DNA of 31,979 bases from Actinomycetota bacterium (lineage in GTDB: Bacteria; Actinomycetota; CADDZG01; WHSQ01), in NCBI GenBank assembly GCA_046262955.1, contig JBHELU010000284.1, positions 1-31,979 on the forward strand. The letters run 5' to 3'. A program made the position numbers and the translations under genes. Within the stretch, counting starts at the first letter, position 1; each line of letters starts with the position of its first letter. Positions 7,840 to 16,689 of the stretch are shown here, one piece after another. Under the pieces are notes generated by a model, which was given only the letters and a program-made list of their open reading frames with translations, was not told the origin of the DNA and did not search any database.

Positions 7840-9329
7840 GCTTGTTCGAAGGCTCGGAAGCTCGTCTGCCTATCCTGAGGCCCATCTCCGACGGAGCCCG
7901 GCCACGCTGGCTTGCCGCTCTTGGATATGCGGCCCTCGCGGCGATCGCCGGTCTTGCCGGCGTGCTGCTGACCGCAGTTGCCTCGAGAGCGGACAACGCG
8001 GCCCCCATCGCGCTGCTGGCTCTCGTGCTCGGCCCCCTGCTGATCGCGGCGGTCGTGGTCGACCCGCGGATCGGGATCGTGTGCATCTTCCTTTCGTTCC
8101 CCGCGGGGTTCAGAGGCATCGAGCTGGGTGTGTTCAATCTTCAGGCAACCGATGCAGCGGTACTGCTGGTCGCGGTTGTGGTGGCGCTGCGCCGTATCGG
8201 AACGGGCTCGGCGCCGTTGTCCTGGTCCGCTCCTCTTGTATGGGCGGTCGGCATGATCGGGTGGGCGATCGTTGCAACTCCCTCGGCTGCCGACAAAACC
8301 CTGGCGGTGAAGCAGCTCGGTTACCTGATCGACGACGTGGTCCTCGCGTGTCTCGTCCTTGCTGCGTTCAAGTCGGCTCGCGACCTGCGCGTCATTCTCT
8401 CGGCCCTAGTGATCGTTTCGGTTGCCATAACGATCCAGGCCTTGACCAGCATCCACGAGCTCACGTCCTTCTACAGCGGCGCCGTAGTCAGTGGCCGCGC
8501 CGCCGGTCTCTTCCAGGAGCCCAACCAGCTCGGCGACTTCTGCGCGATGACGGCGTTGCTAACCGCCGGGATGGCTCTCGGCGCCAAAACCCGATGGGGC
8601 ACGATCACCTTGGTCGGTGCTTTTGGAGTGCTCGTCACCGGCCTTACTTTGTCCCTATCGAGGGGTGCGTGGATAGCGGCGGTTCCGGGAGTCGTCTTAC
8701 TTGCGCTTCTCTTGAAGAGCGCGCGCCGCACGATCGCGGTGCTTGCGATCCCCATCTTGATCATGGCGTTCTCGGTAGGTGCGTTCGCGCCGAGCCATCC
8801 GGACGTGCGCGTGATCGGCGAACGTTTCCACTCGCTGACGACTTTGAATCAGCCATACGACGATCGACTGGCGATCTGGCGTGAAGCGATCCGGGAAACA
8901 CGAAACGATCCGTGGACGGGGGTCGGCCCCGGAAACTTCGCAGTCGCAAGTCAGCGGTCGACGTCGCTTGCGTTCACCGCTTTCGCTCCGCACGCACACA
9001 ACATCTTCCTGAACACCGCTGCCGAGATGGGCTTGCCGGGCGTCGCTTTCCTGGTTGCACTGATCGTGGCCCTTGCGTTCGCTGGTCGAACTGCGCTAAA
9101 AGCCATGCGCAAGACCCGTCGATCGCGGGAGCTCGCGCTGACCGCCGGAATATGCGCTGCACTATTCGCCACGCTCATCCAGGGACTCACCAACACGTTC
9201 ACAGGCAACTCGATCATCGACGGCACCATTTGGACGCTGATCGGGGCACTGCTTGTGGCCCGGCGCGAGGCGCGCACGATGGTTGAAGAGCAAGCCGCGG
9301 CTCCCACGGAGGCTCCCGCGACAGCATGA
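7836..9329 (+). CDS. O-antigen ligase / Wzy-like polymerase family membrane protein
   Basis: About 12 hydrophobic segments with GRAAGLFQEPNQLG, LSLSRGAW, RLAIW, WTGVGPGNF and HAHNIFLNTAAEMGLPG (Wzy_C-type motifs). ATGA overlaps at both ends. Confidence 0.88.
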   Translation: MSLFEGSEARLPILRPISDGARPRWLAALGYAALAAIAGLAGVLLTAVASRADNAAPIALLALVLGPLLIAAVVVDPRIGIVCIFLSFPAGFRGIELGVFNLQATDAAVLLVAVVVALRRIGTGSAPLSWSAPLVWAVGMIGWAIVATPSAADKTLAVKQLGYLIDDVVLACLVLAAFKSARDLRVILSALVIVSVAITIQALTSIHELTSFYSGAVVSGRAAGLFQEPNQLGDFCAMTALLTAGMALGAKTRWGTITLVGAFGVLVTGLTLSLSRGAWIAAVPGVVLLALLLKSARRTIAVLAIPILIMAFSVGAFAPSHPDVRVIGERFHSLTTLNQPYDDRLAIWREAIRETRNDPWTGVGPGNFAVASQRSTSLAFTAFAPHAHNIFLNTAAEMGLPGVAFLVALIVALAFAGRTALKAMRKTRRSRELALTAGICAALFATLIQGLTNTFTGNSIIDGTIWTLIGALLVARREARTMVEEQAAAPTEAPATA

Positions 9330-10372
9330 CCGCCTCGATATCGGTGATCGTCCCGGTCCTCAACGAGGAGAAATCGATCGCCTCTCTGCTCGACGCGTTG
9401 ACGGATCAATTGCTCGCGGGCGACGAGGTCGTTGTTGTCGACGGGGGATCCACGGACGGTACGGCGACCATCGCAGCGCAAAAGGGTGACCCGGTTCGTG
9501 TGTTGTCGGCGCCGGGAACGAATATCTCGCAAGCTCGAAACGCGGGCGTTCTTGCAGCGGCCAACGACGTGATCGCGTGCACCGATGCAGGTTGCTCTCC
9601 GGGCTCGATGTGGCTCGACTCTCTGCGTAGCTGCGTCACGAGCGAACCGGCACCCGACTTGGTTACGGGCATCTACGAGGTCTCTGCCGGCACACCTTTC
9701 GAAGCGGCCATGGCTGCCGCTTGTTATCCCGATCCGGATGCGCGTCAACCGTCGGGGTGGGCCTCCGTTTACGGCCGGCTCTTCGGACGGACGTTCGACT
9801 CGGCCTTTCCCACGGGTCGCTCGATGGCCTTTACGAAACGCGCGTGGTCACGCGTCGGCGGATTCCCAGAAGATCTCGAGACTGCGGAAGACGTGACGTT
9901 TGGACGCTCGATCGCGCAAGCCGGGCTCGGGGCCGTGCTGTGTCCCGAAGCCCGCGTCGTGTGGAGACAGCGGCCGACCTTTGGTTCCACGGCGCGCATG
10001 TATTTCCGCTACGGATCGGGCGGAGGCCGTTCGCAAGACGCGAAGGTCATCTCGAGAGACGTGATCAGAGCCGCTGCCTACGGTCTCGGTGTGTGGGGTC
10101 TGGTTGCCGGCGGCAACGTAATGCGAGCGGCAATAGCTTTGGGTGCAGCGGTTTACTTATCGGTGCCGCTGGCCAGGGCCGCTCGGGGCCCCCATGGTGC
10201 CGCCGCCGTGCCGCTGGTTCCGGTCGCACTCGCTACGAAGGATCTGTCGAAGGCTGCCGGTTGTTTGATCGGTTTGTCTAGTAGACGGGAGCGATCACAC
10301 CCGGTGCAGCGTGACATCATCGACGACGAACGAGCGGCCCCTTCGGATCGGAGCCTTGATCCGAAGCACTAG
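9326..10372 (+). CDS. Glycosyltransferase family 2
   Basis: ISVIVPVLNEE, VVDGGSTDGT, NISQARNAG, IACTDAG and GGFPEDLETAED. Confidence 0.92.
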   Translation: MTASISVIVPVLNEEKSIASLLDALTDQLLAGDEVVVVDGGSTDGTATIAAQKGDPVRVLSAPGTNISQARNAGVLAAANDVIACTDAGCSPGSMWLDSLRSCVTSEPAPDLVTGIYEVSAGTPFEAAMAAACYPDPDARQPSGWASVYGRLFGRTFDSAFPTGRSMAFTKRAWSRVGGFPEDLETAEDVTFGRSIAQAGLGAVLCPEARVVWRQRPTFGSTARMYFRYGSGGGRSQDAKVISRDVIRAAAYGLGVWGLVAGGNVMRAAIALGAAVYLSVPLARAARGPHGAAAVPLVPVALATKDLSKAAGCLIGLSSRRERSHPVQRDIIDDERAAPSDRSLDPKH

Positions 10373-12007
10373 ATGACTGTGAGCCGCTCCGTGAGAGCGG
10401 TAGTAGATCTGAGGCATCTCGTTCCACGCTCCAGCTGCGACTCGCTTCATCACGACCTGGCGACCCAACTTTCGTCCATGAGACCACTCGACGATGACGA
10501 ACCGGATCCGCTCCACTCGATCGGTCAAGACGTACCCGGATGCGGTCAGCCACTTGCGATGACTGCCCACCTGTACGCGACGGGCCGCAAGGCTCGCTCG
10601 CGAGCCGTTGCTGCCAACACGACCGGCATCAGAGCCTGAGTGCGCTGTGTGCACCACGGTGAGGTAACCCGAAGGCGTGTCCCACCCGCGTGTGCCCGAC
10701 TCGAAACCACCGTTCACGAGCAGGTTCGGCTCCGAAGGAGGTGTCGTGCTGGGCGAGGGATCCGGCGTAGGTGTGTCGATCGCGCTGGGCGACGGATCGG
10801 GAGCCGGCGTGTCGCTGGCGCTCGGGTCCGGGGACGGCTGCTCGCTCGGTGTGTCGCTGGGGCTCGGTACCGGGTCCGGAGTCGATGCCGACGGTGATGG
10901 ATCCGGTGTCGATGCCGACGGAGACGGGTCCGGGGCCGGCGCTTGCGTCAGGAGATCCTTCAGTGCCGTGTATGCGGGTTTCGGCGAGTCGTCCTGCGTG
11001 AGGATCCCGTAGTTGTCCAGCTGGGCATCGCCGGAGCTCTCGTCGTTGGATTCGTAAGCGATCAAGTTGGTGACGTAAGGCATGTTCTGCTGCACGTACT
11101 TCACGCTGTTCACGAGGAAATCTGCCTGCTCCTGCCGAGTCACACCGATGTTCCAGTTGGATTCGTTCCCAGTGTTCGAGTGCGTCGACCATCCGAACTC
11201 GGTGAACCAGATAGGCGTGTCGCCGTCGCCTCGGTTCGCCATCAGCTGATGGACCTGCGCGGCGTAGGGGAAGCTCCAGATGTTGTTGTTGTCGACCGAT
11301 GGGCCGATGTTCGAGGGGGCCGTGTATGGATGCGTCGCCATGACGTCGAACGAGCCTTTGACTCCGGCGCCGTAACAGTTGCGGATCCAATTGATGTCGT
11401 TGTACGAGGGCCCGCCGAACACGACTTGTGTCGTTGGATCACCCGCCTTGAATGCCGGGTAGGCGAGCTTTAAGAGCCGGACGTAGTCGGCTGCATTCCC
11501 CGACCAGAACGACTGGAGGTTGGGCTCGTTCCATACCTCCCACGCATTCACGCGGCCTGCGAAGTGATGCGCGGCCCACTGGGCTGCGGCGGCGTAGTCG
11601 GCCGGATCGGTCGGAGGCACACTCGCAGCGGTTCGCCACCCCACACCCGTGAGCCCATTCGCCCACGCGGGGGTGCACCACATCGTCATGAGCACCTTCA
11701 GACCGGCCGCCCGAGCTTCGTCGACGGCTTGGTCGGCATTGTCGATGAACCACTGGCTGTACTGACCGCGGGCATCCTCTTGAAGGGAGCACCAACCGAA
11801 GTCCATCCGGACCCAAGTGACGCCCGCTGCTGCCAGCTTGTCGAAGATCACCTTGCGCTCGGCGTCGGAGAACTCCCAGAGAGCATGCACCTGGACGCCA
11901 AAGGCGGGAAGGGGTCGGGTAGCTGCGACCGCGGGGTGGGATGCAGCCAGGCCGACGGCTGAGGTCGAGACGATGGTGAGTGCTGCGAATAGACGCTTGA
12001 ACTTCAA
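10295..12007 (-). CDS. Secreted clan GH-A glycoside hydrolase (GH5/GH39-like) with Pro/Ser/Thr linker and C-terminal CBM4/9-like domain
   Basis: TTG start with GGGAG RBS 6 nt upstream, signal peptide ending PAVA, acid/base motif WEVWNEP, nucleophile motif PIWFTEFGW, ATHPY, PKPAY, then NLLVNGGFE...VVDDVTL (carbohydrate-binding module pattern). Confidence 0.88.
   Translation of the reverse strand: MKFKRLFAALTIVSTSAVGLAASHPAVAATRPLPAFGVQVHALWEFSDAERKVIFDKLAAAGVTWVRMDFGWCSLQEDARGQYSQWFIDNADQAVDEARAAGLKVLMTMWCTPAWANGLTGVGWRTAASVPPTDPADYAAAAQWAAHHFAGRVNAWEVWNEPNLQSFWSGNAADYVRLLKLAYPAFKAGDPTTQVVFGGPSYNDINWIRNCYGAGVKGSFDVMATHPYTAPSNIGPSVDNNNIWSFPYAAQVHQLMANRGDGDTPIWFTEFGWSTHSNTGNESNWNIGVTRQEQADFLVNSVKYVQQNMPYVTNLIAYESNDESSGDAQLDNYGILTQDDSPKPAYTALKDLLTQAPAPDPSPSASTPDPSPSASTPDPVPSPSDTPSEQPSPDPSASDTPAPDPSPSAIDTPTPDPSPSTTPPSEPNLLVNGGFESGTRGWDTPSGYLTVVHTAHSGSDAGRVGSNGSRASLAARRVQVGSHRKWLTASGYVLTDRVERIRFVIVEWSHGRKLGRQVVMKRVAAGAWNEMPQIYYRSHGAAHSHLVLRIKAPIRRGRSFVVDDVTLHRV
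10728..10944 (-). repeat. Intragenic tandem repeats encoding the PDPSPS-rich linker of the hydrolase
   Basis: Two 27-nt units at 10875-10901 and 10902-10928 (4 mismatches) plus more degenerate copies; protein reads PDPSPSAST x2, PDPSASDTPA, PDPSPSAIDTPT. Confidence 0.8.
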
Positions 12008-12016
12008 AGAGGACTC

Positions 12017-12096
12017 CCAATTCGGTAGCTGGGCGACCCCCGTGGGGGCCCTGGCTTTGCGTCCCTGCGTTGCCGCAGGTTTGCCCTTGTCGTTGG
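12017..12096 (-). ncRNA. Cyclic di-GMP-I (GEMM-I) riboswitch aptamer upstream of the glycoside hydrolase
   Basis: Minus strand: CCAACGACAAGGGCAAACCUGCG-GCAA-CGCAGGGACGCAAAGCCAGGGCCCCCACGGGGGUCGCCCAGCUACCGAAUUGG. It has the GGGCAAACC and GGGACGCAAAGC hallmarks, a GNRA-capped P2 (CCUGCG/CGCAGG), a P3 stem, the CUACCG 3' strand, and G at the Vc2 G20-equivalent position. Confidence 0.9.
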
Positions 12097-12131
12097 TTCT
12101 TGTGAGTTATGAATCGGCCCCCTATGGGGAC

Positions 12132-12159
12132 CTCTTTAGCCTCAACCGAGGCTAAAGAG
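12132..12159. promoter_or_regulatory. Perfect 12-bp inverted repeat (candidate operator or hairpin) in the divergent hydrolase/wzc region
   Basis: CTCTTTAGCCTC-AACC-GAGGCTAAAGAG. Confidence 0.55.
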
Positions 12160-12285
12160 ATCGGCTCGAATCGGACAATCGGGTACACACCCGGCCGGGA
12201 GCCCTCCCGACACGCGATGATGCGGACTCCCCCGCGGGCTATGGGGACGCACGATCTGCATGACGTCTAGCTGAAATGAGGTGAA

Positions 12286-13569
12286 GTGGCGCAGGAATCG
12301 GGGTTGCCGGAGCTACTCGACACCCTTCGATGGCGGTGGCACGTGGTGGCGATCATCGCCGTAGCATTCCTTGTCGGCGCGATCGTCTATGCGCAGGGGC
12401 TTCCCCTCCAATACGAGGGCCAGACGATCACCACATTCGCACCTCGGCCCAATGTGGATTCGGGTGCGGCCACGCTCCTGCTGCCCAAGTACGCGGCGTA
12501 CGTAACCGCCCCCGCCACGATCCAGCAGATCGCCCCAGATGTAGGCGTCGGCGCGGGCACACTCGAGAAAGCGGTCAACGCCACAACCGCCACCGAGACC
12601 GCGAACCTGACGATCACGGTCACGCTGACGAACGCGGCCAAAGCTGCCGAAGCAGCCAACGCGTTCGCTCAGGCAGCCGTCGACTTCTCGGCGACCGACA
12701 AAGCCGTCGAGGGCGAGATCGTCGCCAAGGCGTTGACGCCAAACAAGCCGTCCGGCCCTCCGCGGAAGTTGATGGAGGCAGCGGCGCTCGCCGTCGGTCT
12801 CCTTCTGGGTATCGCCGTCGCGTTCGTGATCGAGCGGCAGCGGCCACGGCTCAGGACGTGGCAGGAGATCGCCAAAGTCACGGGTTACCCAGTCGTGGGT
12901 CGCGTTCCCCGCTCTCGCGCGCTCAGAGGCAAACCTCAAGATGCGCTGACCGACCCACGGGTAGGGGCCGCGTTCAGAACGCTGCGAACAAACCTCGAAC
13001 GTGAGTGGCAGGACCGAACGGTCGACATCATCGTCGTGACATCGCCGAGCTCGGGAGATGGCAAGACGACGATCGCCGCGTTGTTTGCCGAATCTCTCGC
13101 ACGGCTTGGTGGCAACACGCTTCTGATCGATGCCGACCTGCGACGTCCGGGCCTTTCCGGCAGCATCCTGGACGGCCAGGTCACGAAAGGCTTGGACGAC
13201 GTGCTGCGCGAGAAAGTGAAGCTCGAGCACGCGGTCAGGCCCGGGTGGACCGATCGGCTCACGATCTTGCCGACCAAAGCCGATCCCGATGCCGGGGACC
13301 TTCTTGCTCGCCGCTTCCAAGATGTGCTGCGGGAAGCGCGCGAGCGTTACGACATCATCGTGATCGACACTGCTCCGATATTGGGAACGGACGACGCGCG
13401 CACGATCGCAACGGTTGCGAACGGTTTGTTGCTTGTGATCTCGGCCCGGTCGTTCGCAGGGCCTGTGAACGAGTCGGTGCTTGCCCTCGAATCGTTGCGT
13501 GCACCGGTGCTCGGTGCGATCGGTAACCGTCTACGCGAATCGGGCCGGAGCTACTACTACTACACCTGA
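12286..13569 (+). CDS. Polysaccharide co-polymerase / tyrosine autokinase (fused Wzz-like and CpsD/CapB-like domains; Wzc-type)
   Basis: Two TM segments around a short extracytoplasmic domain; Walker A SPSSGDGKTT, A' LIDADLRRP, B IIVIDTAP; C-terminal tyrosine cluster RSYYYYT; GAGGTG RBS. Confidence 0.93.
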   Translation: MAQESGLPELLDTLRWRWHVVAIIAVAFLVGAIVYAQGLPLQYEGQTITTFAPRPNVDSGAATLLLPKYAAYVTAPATIQQIAPDVGVGAGTLEKAVNATTATETANLTITVTLTNAAKAAEAANAFAQAAVDFSATDKAVEGEIVAKALTPNKPSGPPRKLMEAAALAVGLLLGIAVAFVIERQRPRLRTWQEIAKVTGYPVVGRVPRSRALRGKPQDALTDPRVGAAFRTLRTNLEREWQDRTVDIIVVTSPSSGDGKTTIAALFAESLARLGGNTLLIDADLRRPGLSGSILDGQVTKGLDDVLREKVKLEHAVRPGWTDRLTILPTKADPDAGDLLARRFQDVLREARERYDIIVIDTAPILGTDDARTIATVANGLLLVISARSFAGPVNESVLALESLRAPVLGAIGNRLRESGRSYYYYT

Positions 13570-13594
13570 AAATTGTCGCCACGGCGCTCTGCGC

Positions 13595-13613
13595 TGGCGC
13601 TTCGCTAGCGCCA
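13595..13613. terminator. Possible hairpin between convergent wzc-like and GT4 genes
   Basis: TGGCGCT-TCGCT-AGCGCCA inverted repeat with no U-tract. Confidence 0.3.
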
Positions 13614-13675
13614 CAGCATGGCTCCGCCAAGTGCGGAATTGGGATTCCTAGTCGGCGACCCCACGAGCAATTTGG

Positions 13676-14797
13676 TCAGTGCGCTCCGGTTCGTCGATCC
13701 AGAACGTCGCGGTAGACCTGCGCGATTCGATCGGTCGTTGCTTTCACGTCGTGATGTTTCTCGATCGTCTGTCGGCCTCGAGCACCTTCAGCCGCGAGGA
13801 TCTGGCGGTTGCTGAGTCGGTCGGCGATCGCACGAGCAAGCGCTTCTCTGTCTTCGACCGGCACGACTTCTCCGCCACCTCGGCCTAGGACCTCGCGCAT
13901 CCCGGCGACGTCTGTCGCCACGACCGGACGCGCGGAAGCCATGGCCTCGAGCAGGACCAACGACATCCCTTCCCATCTCGACGGCAGCACAACGACGTCA
14001 CTTGCGGCGAGCCAGGTCGAAACGTCCTTTCGCTCGCCGACCATCTCGACGCCGTCCGGAAGATTCTGTTCGAGCGACTGACGATCCGGTCCGTCACCAA
14101 CCAGGTAGAGCCGCGCGTCCGTCACGATTGCTCGAACCCGAGGCCAGGCATCGATAAGGACGTCTTGACCTTTCTGGCGCGTGAAACGGCCCACGCATAT
14201 CGCTACCGGCTCGGTCCCGATACCCAACCCGAGGCGAGCGTTCGATGCATCCGTTGCCGTCGCAGGCTTCCACCGCATCAGGTCGACGCCATTGGGGACG
14301 ACGATCCAAGGCGCGCTGATACCGGCCGCGATCCCCTCGGCCCGCTCGATGTCGCCCACGCATATCAACGCGTCGGTCCACCGAGCCCCGCGTCGCTCCC
14401 ACCGCCGAGCCATAGCGGCTGTGGTGCCGCCGACCGCCCAGAACGACCACCCATGTGGCTGAAAGACTGTCGGTAAACGCCCACGCAGACCTAGCCGGCC
14501 GCACAGGCCAGCTTTAGACGAATGCAGATGGACCAGCTGAGGGTCGACATCTTTGAAGATGCTCGCTAGAGCGCGGGTCTCGCCGACGGTTGGAGGGCCG
14601 GGATATCGATCCGCTTCCCACGAGATGTGGGTAGCCCCTGCGTCAACCGCCGCATCGGCCAGCCACCCTACGCGCGGTGATGCCACCACGACAGTCATCC
14701 CGCGCGCAAGTTGATCTCGGACGAGCGTCTCGACCACCGTGGGGACGCCCGCTTCGGTGGGCTGGGAGACGTGCAGAACAGCGATCCGATCCTCCAT
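13676..14797 (-). CDS. Glycosyltransferase family 4 (GT-B)
   Basis: LHVSQPTEAGV, HLHSSKAG, VPNGVD, VGRFTRQKGQD and WEGMSLVLLEAMA. Start set at ATG 14797 to avoid overlap with the divergent gene. Confidence 0.92.
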   Translation of the reverse strand: MEDRIAVLHVSQPTEAGVPTVVETLVRDQLARGMTVVVASPRVGWLADAAVDAGATHISWEADRYPGPPTVGETRALASIFKDVDPQLVHLHSSKAGLCGRLGLRGRLPTVFQPHGWSFWAVGGTTAAMARRWERRGARWTDALICVGDIERAEGIAAGISAPWIVVPNGVDLMRWKPATATDASNARLGLGIGTEPVAICVGRFTRQKGQDVLIDAWPRVRAIVTDARLYLVGDGPDRQSLEQNLPDGVEMVGERKDVSTWLAASDVVVLPSRWEGMSLVLLEAMASARPVVATDVAGMREVLGRGGGEVVPVEDREALARAIADRLSNRQILAAEGARGRQTIEKHHDVKATTDRIAQVYRDVLDRRTGAH

Positions 14798-14805
14798 GAA
14801 GCCCG

Positions 14806-14812
14806 TAGGGTA
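14806..14812. promoter_or_regulatory. Symmetric bidirectional -10 element (TAGGGTA)
   Basis: + strand TAGGGT (14806-14811) and - strand TACCCT (14812-14807) both match TANNNT, and each ends 9 nt before its start codon (TTG 14821, ATG 14797). Confidence 0.6.
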
Positions 14813-14820
14813 AGGCGGCT

Positions 14821-16689
14821 TTGAAGCGCAAGTCGCTATTGCTCGCGGGGGGCATCTTTCTATCTGCGGTTGCCGGTGCAGCCGCTTTCGTTCTGTTTCC
14901 GGTAGCTCACGACCTCCAAGCCGCACGTGCCACCCTGACGACGAACGTCGCGGATCTGAAAGCCGGAGATATCGCGAACGCAGAAACTCGGTTGCGATCG
15001 GCTCACGACCGCCTCAACAGTTTGCCCGGGCATTTCTTGCACCTCATCCCTCTCCTGGGAGCCAATCTCGACGCCGTCGATCGCGTTGTCGTCGCGGCGG
15101 AACCGGTGCTAACCGCGGCGGAAGATCTGAAGCGGACGAGCAACCGGGCTTTGGGGAACGGGCTCTTCGCGAACGGTCGCATCGACCCGCAGGCGATCCA
15201 GGCGCTCGACGATCCCCTAGGTGCGGAGGTTGCGTCCTTGGGTCGGCTGAGCGCAGCGGCAGAGGACGCCCGAGGTGGGTGGCTGCTCCCCCCCGTATGG
15301 TCGGCGATCACCGACATCATGGACAAGGCCTCGAGCTTGCACGCCGATGCCGGTCGAGCCGCCGCAGCGCTCCAACAAACCCCGAGCCTGCTGGGCACGG
15401 TGACCCCTCGGACCTACCTGGTGATGCTCATCAACAACGCCGAGCTCCGCGGCGGGGGTGGGGTGCTGTCCGGCATCGGGACGCTCACGGTGAACGACGG
15501 GCACCTGAAGCTGGGCCGCTTCTACACGCGGGAGGCGCTCGTGAGGCACCCCTACAAGCAGGTCCCGGCCCCAGCGGACTACGAGCGCAGGTTCGGCATC
15601 TTCGAAGCCAACACCACTCTGTGGATCAACTCTACCTACTCGCCGGACTTCCCCGACGATGCTCTCGTGGCCGCCCGGCTCCTGAAGCTAGAAACGGGAG
15701 TGAAAACGCAAGGGGCGTTGGCCTTGGACCCCCGGGGGCTCGCGGCGCTCATGCCTCAGAACTCGAGCGTCAAGGTTCCGGGTCTCGACGGCCGGGTGAC
15801 CAGGGAAGGCCTTCCCGGATTCGTGTACTCCGAGGCCTACAAGCTGTTCGACACTCAGGCCCAACGACGTAAGGCGATCCTGGCGGCCGGAAGCCAGGCT
15901 TTCGACCAGGTGCTCAACGGCTCGTTCGACGGCACCGACACGCTCGCCGAGCTCGGCCCTCAGATCACCGGAGGTCACATCCGGGTCATCTCGTTCGATC
16001 CCCACCAGGAGCAAGTCCTGGACGCCGCGGGAGCCAGCGGGAAATTGCGTCACCCGGTCGGAGACGAGCTGTTCGTGACGATCGACAACTTGGGCACCCA
16101 CCAACTCGGCTTCGGAACGAAGCTCGACTTTTGGGCGCACCGTCACGTGACGCACCACTGCGACATCGTCCAGGACCAAGCGTCGTGTTCGACGTTCGTG
16201 TCGATCCAGAACACTGCGCCCAAAGGTCTGTCGCGTTACGTTGCAGGACGTCCTTACGCGTTGATGAGGGACTACGTCCAGGTTTACATCCCCGACGACG
16301 CGACCGTGGAGATCGTGAATCTGGATGGGAACAACGCGCCGGATCTGATCGAGAAACAGGACGGCTCGATGTCGATCGGCGTTCCCGTCAACATCAAGCG
16401 CGGCGACGAACGCACGGTGCAAGTGAACTACTCGATCCCGCTAACCGAGAACCGCTACACGCTGACCGCTGTCCCGCAACCTCTTACGGCCGATGCCCGA
16501 CTCGATCTGTCGTTGTCGATGCCCCAGGACTGGAGGGTGGAGTCGGACTCGAACGACAAGGCCGGCGCGTTCAGCATGTCGGGCCCCTTCGACGGACGGA
16601 TCACCATCAACGCAAAACCGAGCGATGAGACAGGCATCTCTCGAGCGTGGTCGGCGATCCTCCGCTTCTGGAGGAACCCGGTCTTCTAA
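14821..16689 (+). CDS. DUF4012 domain-containing membrane-anchored protein (possibly LCP-like)
   Basis: N-terminal TM anchor, helical region, then family-like motifs YLVMLINNAELRGGGG, NSTYSPDFP and GALALDP. Confidence 0.82.
   Translation: MKRKSLLLAGGIFLSAVAGAAAFVLFPVAHDLQAARATLTTNVADLKAGDIANAETRLRSAHDRLNSLPGHFLHLIPLLGANLDAVDRVVVAAEPVLTAAEDLKRTSNRALGNGLFANGRIDPQAIQALDDPLGAEVASLGRLSAAAEDARGGWLLPPVWSAITDIMDKASSLHADAGRAAAALQQTPSLLGTVTPRTYLVMLINNAELRGGGGVLSGIGTLTVNDGHLKLGRFYTREALVRHPYKQVPAPADYERRFGIFEANTTLWINSTYSPDFPDDALVAARLLKLETGVKTQGALALDPRGLAALMPQNSSVKVPGLDGRVTREGLPGFVYSEAYKLFDTQAQRRKAILAAGSQAFDQVLNGSFDGTDTLAELGPQITGGHIRVISFDPHQEQVLDAAGASGKLRHPVGDELFVTIDNLGTHQLGFGTKLDFWAHRHVTHHCDIVQDQASCSTFVSIQNTAPKGLSRYVAGRPYALMRDYVQVYIPDDATVEIVNLDGNNAPDLIEKQDGSMSIGVPVNIKRGDERTVQVNYSIPLTENRYTLTAVPQPLTADARLDLSLSMPQDWRVESDSNDKAGAFSMSGPFDGRITINAKPSDETGISRAWSAILRFWRNPVF

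Noticed and set aside
10728-10944. Repeats as a CRISPR array or mobile-element remnant
   Set aside because: The units are in frame, degenerate at wobble positions, have no unique spacers and encode a Pro/Ser/Thr linker.
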